Shown: one piece after another, positions 40,274-48,655 of the stretch
How positions within the stretch are numbered: the first letter of the stretch is position 1
Layout: the number at the start of each line of letters is the position of its first letter
Assembly: GCA_023473795.1 (NCBI GenBank)
Contig: JAMCYS010000041.1
Coordinates: 14,370-78,369, forward strand
DNA length: 64,000 nt
Origin: Chloroflexota bacterium
GTDB taxonomy: Bacteria > Chloroflexota > UBA6077 > FW602-bin22 > JAMCYS01
Direction: 5' to 3'
Made by a program: the position numbers and the translations under genes
Notes under the pieces: model-generated
Databases searched by the model: none
Told to the model about the DNA's origin: nothing
What the model saw: the letters and a program-made list of their open reading frames with translations, nothing else

Positions 40274-43200
40274 CTGCTTGGCGAGTCAGCCGCCGCCCCA
40301 GCGCACTCCTCCACCACCGCCAGCAGTTCCCCCCGCCAGTCCCCACCCTGGCGGCGATGAAGCCGCAGCTGGCTGTTGCCCATCAACAGGCTGCGACCGT
40401 GCTTCTTCTCGAGCTGCCTGCGATCAAGTCGTGCGGCCGGCCCCAAACGTAACACGATATCATTGTCCTCGACGCCGATCGTTTGAATACCCGCGCGGGC
40501 GGCAAGCGCCTTGAGCTGCACCAGATAGAGCAGGCTCATCGCTTCCGCTGGTGGCGGGCCGAAGCGGTCCTTGACCTCGAGCGCCACGGCACCGGCCTCG
40601 TCGAAGGTCTTGACGGCCGCCAGGCGTTGGTAGAGATTTAAGCGGGTGGCTTCGTCCGCGACGTAGTCAACCGGCAGGAAGGCTGAGAGCGGCAGATCGA
40701 CGCTCACGGCCGGGACCTTGGGGACGAGTGGAGTCTGGCCTCGCAACTCCTCGACGGCCTCGGCCAACAGGCGAGTGTAAAGGTCAAACCCCACCGTGGC
40801 AATGTGACCGTGCTGCTCGACGCCCAGCAGGTTGCCAGCGCCCCGTATTTCCAAGTCGCGCAAGGCGATTTGGAAACCTGCCCCCAGGTCGGTTGCCTCG
40901 AAGATGGTGCGCAAGCGCTGTTCTGCCACGGACGTCAGCCGAGCGCCGGGGCCGTAGAGAAGGTAGGCATAGGCTCTGTTAGCCGACCTACCAACCCTCC
41001 CGCGCAGCTGGTACAGCTGCGCCAGGCCAAACCGATCGGCCTGGTGGACAATGATCGTGTTGGCGTTGGGAATGTCCAAGCCCGATTCCACGATCGTCGT
41101 ACAGACCAGCACATCGAAGTCGCCGGCGGCGAAGTCCAGCATCGCCCTCTCCAACTCGTCTTCGCGCATCTGGCCGTGCGCCACGCGTACCTTCGCCTCC
41201 GGCACCAGACGACCAAGCCGGCGGGCCAGGTCTTCGATCCCCTGCACTCGGCTGTGGACGAAGAATACCTGCCCCCCACGATCCAGTTCCCGGAGAATCG
41301 CCTCGCGCACCAGCGAGTCCCGGTAGGGCCCCAGGTAGGTCTTGATCGGCAGCCTCTCCTCCGGCGGAGTGGCTATCGTACTCATGTCGCGCACGCCTAC
41401 CAGCGACATGTGCATAGTCCTCGGGATAGGGGTCGCACTAAGCGTAAGGACGTCGACTTCTTTGCGCAACCGCTTGAGCTGCTCTTTGTGTGCCACCCCG
41501 AAGCGGTGCTCTTCGTCGATCACCAGCAGACCGAGGCTCTTGAAGACAACGTCCTTTTGGAGCAACCGGTGCGTGCCAATCACCACGTCCACGCTGCCCG
41601 CTCCTACCCCGGCCAGAACCTCTTTCTGCTCCTTGCGCGAGCGAAAACGCGACAGCACTTCCACTTTGATGGGAAATGCCTGCAGGCGCTCGCTGAAGGT
41701 GTTGTAGTGCTGCTGAGCCAAGACCGTGGTCGGCACCAAGACCGCCACCTGCTTGCCGTCATTCACCGCCTTGAAAGCGGCGCGGAGGGCCACCTCGGTT
41801 TTGCCATAGCCAACGTCGCCGCAGATGAGGCGATCCATCGGTCGCGGATCTTCCATATCTTGCTTGACTTCGGCCACCGCCTGCAGCTGATCCGGTGTCT
41901 CGACGTAGGCAAAGGATGCCTCCATCTCTGCCTGCCAGGGAGAGTCCGGTGAGAAGGCATGGCCCGGCAGAACTTCGCGCGCCGAGTAGATGGCCAACAG
42001 GTCCTTCGCAATCTCGCGGGTCGCGGTCTTGACCTTGTCCTTCGCCCGCGCCCACTCCCCGGTACCCAGGCGATTCAGGGCAGGCGGCTCTTGCCCGGCG
42101 CCGTGATACTTGGCCACTCGATCCGCCTGCTCCGTGGGCACGTACATTCGGTCGCCGGCAGCGTATTGCAGGACCAGGTAGTCACGGCCGGCGCCAGCCA
42201 CATCCATACGCTGTATACCCTCGAAACGACCAAGACCGTGGTCGACGTGCACCACGTAGTCCCCGGGCTGCAGCTCGCTCAGCAGCGTCGCCGGCACCTG
42301 CCTCCGACGGCGGACGACAGGGCGCGGCTTGGCCCAGCCGAACAGCTCGGCGTCGCTGACAACAGCCAGCGCCAGCTGCTGCGACTGCCAACCTTGGAGC
42401 AGGGTGCCCCGCACCACACTGATCATCCCTGCCGGCGGCACCTGCAAAAGCGAGTTCTGCGGACGCACGAACACGTCGCTATCGGCTAGTAGCTCACAGA
42501 GTCGATCGGCTTGCTGGCTGGTTATCACTACCCTCAGACCGCGCTGAGCCATCTGTCGGCAGTCCGCGAGGGCCGAACTCAGTTTCCCGCCGTAGCCGCC
42601 CAGGGGTCGAAACGGCAACTCCACGATTTCACCGGCAGCAGTGGTTTCACCTTCTGCCAGCGCCAGGTGCTGGCGCGACTCCAGCCGGTCTGCCAGTTGC
42701 TCCCAAAGGAAATACGGCTTGGGCAAGCCAAGTGGTAGCTGGCCCTGTCGCTCCAACTCAACCCGGAGGTCCTCGGCTTGGTCGTCCAGCGCCCGAGCGC
42801 TGGCCGACAACTGCTCAGGCTCGTCGACAACGACCAGCGTCTCGGGGCCGCAGAAGTCAAGCAGGCTGTCTTCGCCCGCATAGCCGATGTACGACTCCAG
42901 CAAAGGCGAGAACGCCCCTCTTTCCGCCATATCCCGATCCTCGCGCCAGCGCTCGGCCACCTCGCTGGAGGCCAAGCTCAAATTGGCGGCAGCAAGAACG
43001 GCCGCCAATCGACTGGCCAGCTCGGGAGTCAGCTCGCGGGGTGGAGCCACCAGAGCCTCCTCGGTGTCAGCGCGGGAGCGCTGGCTCGCCGGTTCGAAGA
43101 AGCGCAGACTCTCGATTTCGTCGCCGAAAAACTCCACCCTGAGCGGGTCGTCCAGCGCGGGCGAAAAGAGGTCGACTATGCCGCCTCGTTGGGCCATCGA

Positions 43201-43746
43201 GCCCACCTCCACTACTGTGGTCACGGGTTCGTAGCCCAGGGCGACCAGGCGGTCCAGCAGTTGGCGCGGGCTCAGCCTATCTCCCCGCCGGATCGTGAAG
43301 CGCCGCCCAAGCAGAAGTGCGGGGGACGCCAGCCTCTGCATCGCCGCCCGCGCGTCGGCGACCACCACAACCGGCCCCTTGCCAACAATCGCGTCTGCCA
43401 GGCCGGACAGGGCCAGGAGGCGCTTCTGCACCGTGCCAGGGTCGGCAGATACGCGTTCATAGAAGAGGCCGTGATGACTGGGGAACAGAAGAACCCTCTC
43501 CGGACTGCCACTCCAGGACTGCAGATCGTCGTACAGCCGCCGCGCCTGATGAGGCTCGGGGATGAGAACCAGGAGCGGTCGCTGTTGTGCCTCCGCCAGG
43601 CACGCCAAGAGGTAGGGCTTGGCGGCCGACGGTAAGTTGGCCATCGCCACCCCACCGTCGCGGAACGCCCGCCGCGCAATCTGCCCGAATTCCGGCAGGC
43701 GTTCGACCATGGGCAACAGTCCAGATAAATTCACCACAACTCCCAA
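40270..43746 (-). CDS. mfd: Transcription-repair coupling factor
   Basis: UvrB-homology N-terminus, CarD/RID region (GDYVVHVDHGLGRFEG), SF2 helicase motifs (LICGDVGYGKTEVA, DEEHRFG), TRG motif and C-terminal D7. The exact start is uncertain. Confidence 0.93.
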   Translation of the reverse strand: MGVVVNLSGLLPMVERLPEFGQIARRAFRDGGVAMANLPSAAKPYLLACLAEAQQRPLLVLIPEPHQARRLYDDLQSWSGSPERVLLFPSHHGLFYERVSADPGTVQKRLLALSGLADAIVGKGPVVVVADARAAMQRLASPALLLGRRFTIRRGDRLSPRQLLDRLVALGYEPVTTVVEVGSMAQRGGIVDLFSPALDDPLRVEFFGDEIESLRFFEPASQRSRADTEEALVAPPRELTPELASRLAAVLAAANLSLASSEVAERWREDRDMAERGAFSPLLESYIGYAGEDSLLDFCGPETLVVVDEPEQLSASARALDDQAEDLRVELERQGQLPLGLPKPYFLWEQLADRLESRQHLALAEGETTAAGEIVELPFRPLGGYGGKLSSALADCRQMAQRGLRVVITSQQADRLCELLADSDVFVRPQNSLLQVPPAGMISVVRGTLLQGWQSQQLALAVVSDAELFGWAKPRPVVRRRRQVPATLLSELQPGDYVVHVDHGLGRFEGIQRMDVAGAGRDYLVLQYAAGDRMYVPTEQADRVAKYHGAGQEPPALNRLGTGEWARAKDKVKTATREIAKDLLAIYSAREVLPGHAFSPDSPWQAEMEASFAYVETPDQLQAVAEVKQDMEDPRPMDRLICGDVGYGKTEVALRAAFKAVNDGKQVAVLVPTTVLAQQHYNTFSERLQAFPIKVEVLSRFRSRKEQKEVLAGVGAGSVDVVIGTHRLLQKDVVFKSLGLLVIDEEHRFGVAHKEQLKRLRKEVDVLTLSATPIPRTMHMSLVGVRDMSTIATPPEERLPIKTYLGPYRDSLVREAILRELDRGGQVFFVHSRVQGIEDLARRLGRLVPEAKVRVAHGQMREDELERAMLDFAAGDFDVLVCTTIVESGLDIPNANTIIVHQADRFGLAQLYQLRGRVGRSANRAYAYLLYGPGARLTSVAEQRLRTIFEATDLGAGFQIALRDLEIRGAGNLLGVEQHGHIATVGFDLYTRLLAEAVEELRGQTPLVPKVPAVSVDLPLSAFLPVDYVADEATRLNLYQRLAAVKTFDEAGAVALEVKDRFGPPPAEAMSLLYLVQLKALAARAGIQTIGVEDNDIVLRLGPAARLDRRQLEKKHGRSLLMGNSQLRLHRRQGGDWRGELLAVVEECAGAAADSPSS

Positions 43747-43871
43747 CCAGAGCCGCGTGGCGCGGACACACGCAAAGGGACTAGTCGGCCCGACTAGCCC
43801 CGCGACCTCGACTATTGTTTTCGCGACTGAATTATACCAGGACGGGCGGAACCGCGGCCAACCCGCGCCGA

Positions 43872-44429
43872 CTAGGAGTTGAAGCGGTTCATCGCCGCCG
43901 CCGGCCCCTCGCTCAGGGCGACCTCCACCGCATCGGCGGCGCGAGCAACCGTCTCGGCCAGTACCGTTTCCTCCTCTGGAGCGAAGCGGCCGAGAACATA
44001 GGCAGCTCCGGCAATGGTGTCTGAGCGGCCGATCCCGATCCGCAGGCGGGGGAACTCCTGCGTTCCCAGGTCGTCGATGATCGATTGCAGCCCCCTGTGG
44101 CCGCCAGAGCTGCCGCGCTCCCTAACACGCAGGCGGCCGAGCGGCAGATCCATGTCGTCGTAGATGACCAGCACAATCGCCGGCCGCAGACCGTAGTAGC
44201 GGGTGAGGGCGCCCACGGCCTGGCCGCTGAGGTTCATATAGGTCTGGGGTTTGGCGAGCAATACCCTCTGGCCACCGAGTACTCCGGTCGCCAGCAGCGA
44301 GTTGAAGCCGCGGCGGGTGAAGCCCACACCCAGCCTACCGGCAACCAGATCGAGGCAGCGGAAGCCTACATTGTGCCGGCTGCGCTCATACTGCCGCCCC
44401 GGATTGCCGAGACCGACCACCAGCCACAA
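43872..44429 (-). CDS. pth: Peptidyl-tRNA hydrolase
   Basis: LVVGLGNPGRQYERSRHNVGF, GGHRGLQSI, RLRIGIGR. Confidence 0.93.
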   Translation of the reverse strand: MWLVVGLGNPGRQYERSRHNVGFRCLDLVAGRLGVGFTRRGFNSLLATGVLGGQRVLLAKPQTYMNLSGQAVGALTRYYGLRPAIVLVIYDDMDLPLGRLRVRERGSSGGHRGLQSIIDDLGTQEFPRLRIGIGRSDTIAGAAYVLGRFAPEEETVLAETVARAADAVEVALSEGPAAAMNRFNS

Positions 44430-44436
44430 CTGCCGG

Positions 44437-45243
44437 CTACCTCCGGATCAAGCCGACGACGATGCCGACGACGACGAACAGCGCCCCACCCATTACGCCG
44501 AGGAAGAGGGCTGATACGAGGGTCGTCGTGTCAATTTCGATGCCGACCCAGGACCACCAGCGGGAAAGGCCGACCGGGGTGGGGCTGGCGTGGGGGGTGG
44601 CAGTAGCAGTGGCGGCCGCAGCCGCCACTGCTACCGGCGTGCGGGTAGCAGTGGGCGTAGCCGGCACGGCAGTGCGGGTGGTGACTACGGCAGTCGCCGC
44701 CGGCCGCATCTGTCCGAAATCCACTTGTAAAGCCCTGCCAGCTGGCGGCTTGAGATTGTCCGCCGGGGTGCAGATTTGCCCGTCCACGACAACCGAATAG
44801 GTGCCGGGCGGCAGGCCGTCGATCTCATAATAGCCGGCGTCGTTGGTTGTGGCCTTCTGCACAGCCGTCCCCCGGGTCACCTTCACCACCTGCCCCCACA
44901 GGCCGACGCCGTTGAAGTCAACCACAGTGCCACGGATCGCCGACAAGTCCGGAGCGTTGCCTGGCGTGGGTAGTGCCTCCTTGACCCCGAGCGGCACCAG
45001 CACCAATCCGGTCAGCGGCTTGCCGGCATGAGTAGCCACCGGCCGGGGCGTGCCGGTGGGCCCTGCTGGCGTGCCCTGGCTCGGGGTCTGGCTTTGGCCC
45101 GGCGTAACGGTCGGCGCCTGCTGCTCCCCCGGCGCGGAGAGCGCCGACAGAGGCAAGAGCACGAACACGGCCAGCGCCAGGAGGACGGCCGCGATGTAGC
45201 CGGCGACCGCTCCCTGCTCCCCCGGTCCCTTGCTAGTACGCAT
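44437..45243 (-). CDS. Tail-anchored extracytoplasmic protein with carboxypeptidase-regulatory-like (CarboxypepD_reg) domain
   Basis: N-terminal TM/signal segment, IRGTVVDFNGVGLWGQVVKV...TNDAGYYEIDGLPPGTYSVVV, a Pro/Thr/Ala-rich linker, and a C-terminal TM plus RR tail. Confidence 0.6.
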   Translation of the reverse strand: MRTSKGPGEQGAVAGYIAAVLLALAVFVLLPLSALSAPGEQQAPTVTPGQSQTPSQGTPAGPTGTPRPVATHAGKPLTGLVLVPLGVKEALPTPGNAPDLSAIRGTVVDFNGVGLWGQVVKVTRGTAVQKATTNDAGYYEIDGLPPGTYSVVVDGQICTPADNLKPPAGRALQVDFGQMRPAATAVVTTRTAVPATPTATRTPVAVAAAAATATATPHASPTPVGLSRWWSWVGIEIDTTTLVSALFLGVMGGALFVVVGIVVGLIRR

Positions 45244-46648
45244 TCTTATCCCCGAAAATCACGAAGAGGGTCCGCATCACGATTTTCACGTCGAGCCACA
45301 AGTTCCAATTCTCGACGTACCAGAGGTCGTAGGCCGTGCGCTCCTCGATTGATGTGTCGCCTCGCAGGCCATTGACCTGTGCCCAACCGGTCAATCCCGC
45401 CTTTTCCCTGTGGCGTTCGGCATAGCGTGGGATCACCTGGCTGAACTGCTCGACGAAATGAGGGCGTTCCGGCCTCGGACCAACCATGCTCATCTCGCCG
45501 ACTAGAACGTTAATCAACTGCGGCAGCTCGTCGATTGAGAAACGCCGGAGGAGTGTCCCCAGGCGCGTCCGTCGGGGGTCGTCTTTCTTGGCCCAAACCG
45601 GGCCGGTTGTCTGCTCGGCGTCCGGTCTCATTGTACGAAACTTGATCATAGGGAAGGGCCTGCCGTCTAATCCGACGCGCTCCTGCGCGTAGAATACCGG
45701 TGCCCGGGGACCCGAGAGCTTGACTAGAACGGCGATCAACAGCATAGGTCCGGACAGCAGCAACAGCAGGAAACCGCTGAAGATCAAGTCCATCAGGCGC
45801 TTCAGGGCCAGACGGTAGCCACGCAGGGCGATGTCCTTCACAGTCACCAAGGGCAGGCCATTCAGCTCGTCGATGTTCACCTGGCCGGCCGAGAGCTGGA
45901 AGATGTCCGGGAAGACGCGGATGTTCACGTCCTGGGCGCGGCACTTCCCCACCAGCATCACCAGGTCCTCGTGAGCCAGGCCGGGCACCGCGACGATCAC
46001 GTGCTCCACCCCGTGCCGCTTGACCACCTGGTCGACGTCTTCAAGGTCTCCCAGCACGGGCAACCCCTCAAATATCTCGACGCCGTTGCCGCCGCGGGAC
46101 CGAAGGAAACCGATTGGCAGGTAGCCAAGCTGAGGCGACTGTTGAATCCGCTCATAGACCATCTTGGCCGTCTCGTCGGTGCCAACAATGAGCACCTTCT
46201 CCATATCGAGCCCGGCGGCCCGGAGCGTCGCTCGTAGGCTATAGTACACGTACCTTCCCAGCGTAACCAGCAGCACGGACAGCAACCAACCGAATACGAT
46301 CACGCCCCGGGAGTAGATGAACTCCCTCTGCACCAGAACCGCTGCCACCAGCACCAGCAGAGCGTCGATTGAGACGGCGGTGAATACCCCGTACAACTCC
46401 TCCGAGTAGCTGATCGTGCGGCGCAACCTGTAGAGTCCGTGGGCGGCAAAGACCGGGACCAGAAGCAACATCTGCAGCCCGACGACGTCGAGATAGCGCC
46501 GCCAGGGGTGCATTTCCTGGAAGGGGAGAAAACTCAGTTCGAAGCGGGCGTGGTAGGCCAACCAGTAGGCCGCCAGCAAGAGGACGACGTCGCTGAGCAC
46601 CAGCGTCACTTGGGGCAGGAAAGCGGCAAAGCCGCTGCGACGCCTCAC
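45233..46648 (-). CDS. Polyprenyl-phosphate hexose-1-phosphate transferase (WbaP/WcaJ-type initiating enzyme)
   Basis: Four N-terminal TM helices and a central nucleotide-binding-like domain. The C-terminal Bac_transf domain has KRLMDLIFSG, GPRAPVFYAQERVGLDGRPF, KFRTM, DELPQLINVLVGEMSMVGPRPERP. Confidence 0.9.
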   Translation of the reverse strand: MRRRSGFAAFLPQVTLVLSDVVLLLAAYWLAYHARFELSFLPFQEMHPWRRYLDVVGLQMLLLVPVFAAHGLYRLRRTISYSEELYGVFTAVSIDALLVLVAAVLVQREFIYSRGVIVFGWLLSVLLVTLGRYVYYSLRATLRAAGLDMEKVLIVGTDETAKMVYERIQQSPQLGYLPIGFLRSRGGNGVEIFEGLPVLGDLEDVDQVVKRHGVEHVIVAVPGLAHEDLVMLVGKCRAQDVNIRVFPDIFQLSAGQVNIDELNGLPLVTVKDIALRGYRLALKRLMDLIFSGFLLLLLSGPMLLIAVLVKLSGPRAPVFYAQERVGLDGRPFPMIKFRTMRPDAEQTTGPVWAKKDDPRRTRLGTLLRRFSIDELPQLINVLVGEMSMVGPRPERPHFVEQFSQVIPRYAERHREKAGLTGWAQVNGLRGDTSIEERTAYDLWYVENWNLWLDVKIVMRTLFVIFGDKNAY

Positions 46649-47571
46649 CGGGATACCGCCTTGGCCAGTGCCAGCTCAGCCAGCGCCAAGCCGCCCCGGA
46701 CCAATATGGCCCCGGTAACGAGGGCGTTCAAAGCAGAGTTGCGCTCGCCCCAATAGTGCTTCCGGTAGAACACGTACATAGCGCGATAGAACTCATACGT
46801 CGTTCTGAACCGCGCCTGGCGACTACTCTCGCCCTTGTGGTGAAGCACTACGACGTCGGGATTGTATAGAACCCGCCAGCCAGCCTGCTTGAGGCGGTAA
46901 GCCAAGTCGAGGTCCTCGCCGTACATGAAGAACGTCTCGTCCAGCAGACCCACCGTAGCCAGGCAGTCCCGTCGGATCAACATGAACGCCCCAACTACGG
47001 AGTCGACCTCGGCCGGCTGATCGGGGTCCAAGTAGGTCAGATTGTAGCGCGCGAAACGCCGGCTGTGCGGGAAGGCCTTGCTTAAACCAAGCATCCTGTA
47101 GAAGGAAACCTCCGGCGAAGGAAAACTACGCCGGCAGGCGAGGTCAAGTGTGCCGTCAGCCCGCACGAGCTTTGGCCCGGCGGCCCCGGCCCAGGGCCGG
47201 GCGTCGAGGTAGGCAAGCATGCGGCTTAGCGCGTCCGCGGGCAGCTCGGTGTCCGGGTTGAGCAGCAGAACGAATCGTCCCCCGGCGTGCGCCAGACCGA
47301 GGTTATTGCCGTAGGCGAAGCCACCGTTCACTTGGCTGGCGATCACGCGCACTCCAGGGAACTCGGACTCCACCATCGCCACACTACCATCGGTCGAGCG
47401 GTTGTCAACCACCGCGACTTCGTAGGTGAAGTCGCCCTCGCTGGCCAGCAGTGTTACCAGACAGTGGCGGAGCAGGTCGCGCACGTTGTAGGTGACGATG
47501 ATTACCGAAAGGTCGAGGCCACCGTCCAGTGGTGTCGCCGCAAGTCGCGCTCGAGCCGCGGTCGCGATCAC
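46645..47571 (-). CDS. Glycosyltransferase family 2
   Basis: LSVIIVTYNVRDLL, VVDNRSTDGS, NGGFAYGNNLG, LLLNPDT, YGEDLDL (DxD/ED motifs). Confidence 0.85.
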   Translation of the reverse strand: MIATAARARLAATPLDGGLDLSVIIVTYNVRDLLRHCLVTLLASEGDFTYEVAVVDNRSTDGSVAMVESEFPGVRVIASQVNGGFAYGNNLGLAHAGGRFVLLLNPDTELPADALSRMLAYLDARPWAGAAGPKLVRADGTLDLACRRSFPSPEVSFYRMLGLSKAFPHSRRFARYNLTYLDPDQPAEVDSVVGAFMLIRRDCLATVGLLDETFFMYGEDLDLAYRLKQAGWRVLYNPDVVVLHHKGESSRQARFRTTYEFYRAMYVFYRKHYWGERNSALNALVTGAILVRGGLALAELALAKAVSR

Positions 47572-47662
47572 TGCCCACCCCCAGACCGCTCGCCGTTGTT
47601 CCCCTCGTCATCGGGGACGCGAGCCTTCTTTCCCACATCCCTACCGGCGCCATAACTGGCGG

Positions 47663-48652
47663 TCACTCCCTCCAGTTGCGCAAGCCCCGCCAACGCCACC
47701 GCCAGCAAAGGCCGACCGGATAGCCAATCATCTTCGCCACGTCGCCCACCAGGCGTATGGCCGGCACCAGGGCGATACTCGCCATCCGCTCCCCAGGTCG
47801 CTCGTCCCGGAAAGACGGCAAGAGCCGCCTGTAGGGCATCCACGAATAGGCCAGCGCTGCCAGTGCTAGCGGCAGCCAGAGGCGTTTATACCAAATGCCC
47901 GCCAGGAACGCAAGCGGCCCCACGGTGTACGTGGCATAGCGCACGGCGTGTCGCCTGGCGAACAGTCCGGCTTTGCCGTCGCCGCGCGCATAGCGGTAGT
48001 ATTGTCGGAAGAACGATCGCAGGTCGGGCCGCGGCCGGAAATGCGCCAGCGCCAGGGGAGCAAACGCAAAGCGTAGCCCAGCCTGGCGCAGTTTGAGATC
48101 GAAGACCACGTCCTCGCAGTAGTCCAGCCACTCGGGATAGCCAGCCACTACCTGCCAAGCGGACCGCGTGAAGGCAACGGAGCGACTGGAGGGCAGAAAT
48201 CCGGCGGGTCTTATGTCGCGCAGGTCGGGCAGAGTGGTAGCCCCCAGCGCCTTCTCGAACGTCGAGCAGGGGGCGGCCGTGAAGAACCCGGCGACCACGT
48301 CGGGCGGGTCAGGTGTGGAGAAGGGGCGCAGCAGCTCTGACAGCCAGTTCGGTTCCAGCACTACTCCGGCGTCTGTCGAGGCTATCAGCTCGCAGCGAGC
48401 GGCAGCGATGGCAGCGTTTCGACCCTGCGAGATGTTCGCGCCAGGCACAGACAGCACTGTCAGAGGGAAACCACGCGCTTTGTAAGCCTCCAGGACGGCG
48501 AGCGTGCCGTCCGTGGAACCGCCGTCGGCCACAACCACTTCCGCCGGTTCGACCGTCTGGGCGAACAGCGATTCCAGCAACCGCGGCAGCGACTGCTGCT
48601 CGTTCTTCACGGTGACGATCACCGAGGCCGGCCGCGGAGGGTTCTTGGGCAT
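47663..48652 (-). CDS. Glycosyltransferase family 2 with C-terminal hydrophobic helices (polyprenyl-phosphate glycosyltransferase-like architecture)
   Basis: ASVIVTVKNEQQSLPRLLESL, VVADGGSTDGT, ASTDAG. The C-terminal third has hydrophobic stretches (VGPLAFLAGIWYKRLWLPLALAALAY; IALVPAIRLVGDVAKMIGYPVGL). Confidence 0.75.
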   Translation of the reverse strand: MPKNPPRPASVIVTVKNEQQSLPRLLESLFAQTVEPAEVVVADGGSTDGTLAVLEAYKARGFPLTVLSVPGANISQGRNAAIAAARCELIASTDAGVVLEPNWLSELLRPFSTPDPPDVVAGFFTAAPCSTFEKALGATTLPDLRDIRPAGFLPSSRSVAFTRSAWQVVAGYPEWLDYCEDVVFDLKLRQAGLRFAFAPLALAHFRPRPDLRSFFRQYYRYARGDGKAGLFARRHAVRYATYTVGPLAFLAGIWYKRLWLPLALAALAYSWMPYRRLLPSFRDERPGERMASIALVPAIRLVGDVAKMIGYPVGLCWRWRWRGLRNWRE

Positions 48653-48655
48653 CGC

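Noticed and set aside
43777-43801. An imperfect hairpin (GGGaCTAGTC-ggcc-GACTAGcCCC) between pth and mfd, with a TATAAT-like hexamer at 43831-43836 (minus strand).
   Set aside because: - The stem has an internal mismatch and only a 3-nt T run.
- The -35 partner is poor and sits at 19-nt spacing.
- This is too weak to call a terminator or a promoter with confidence.
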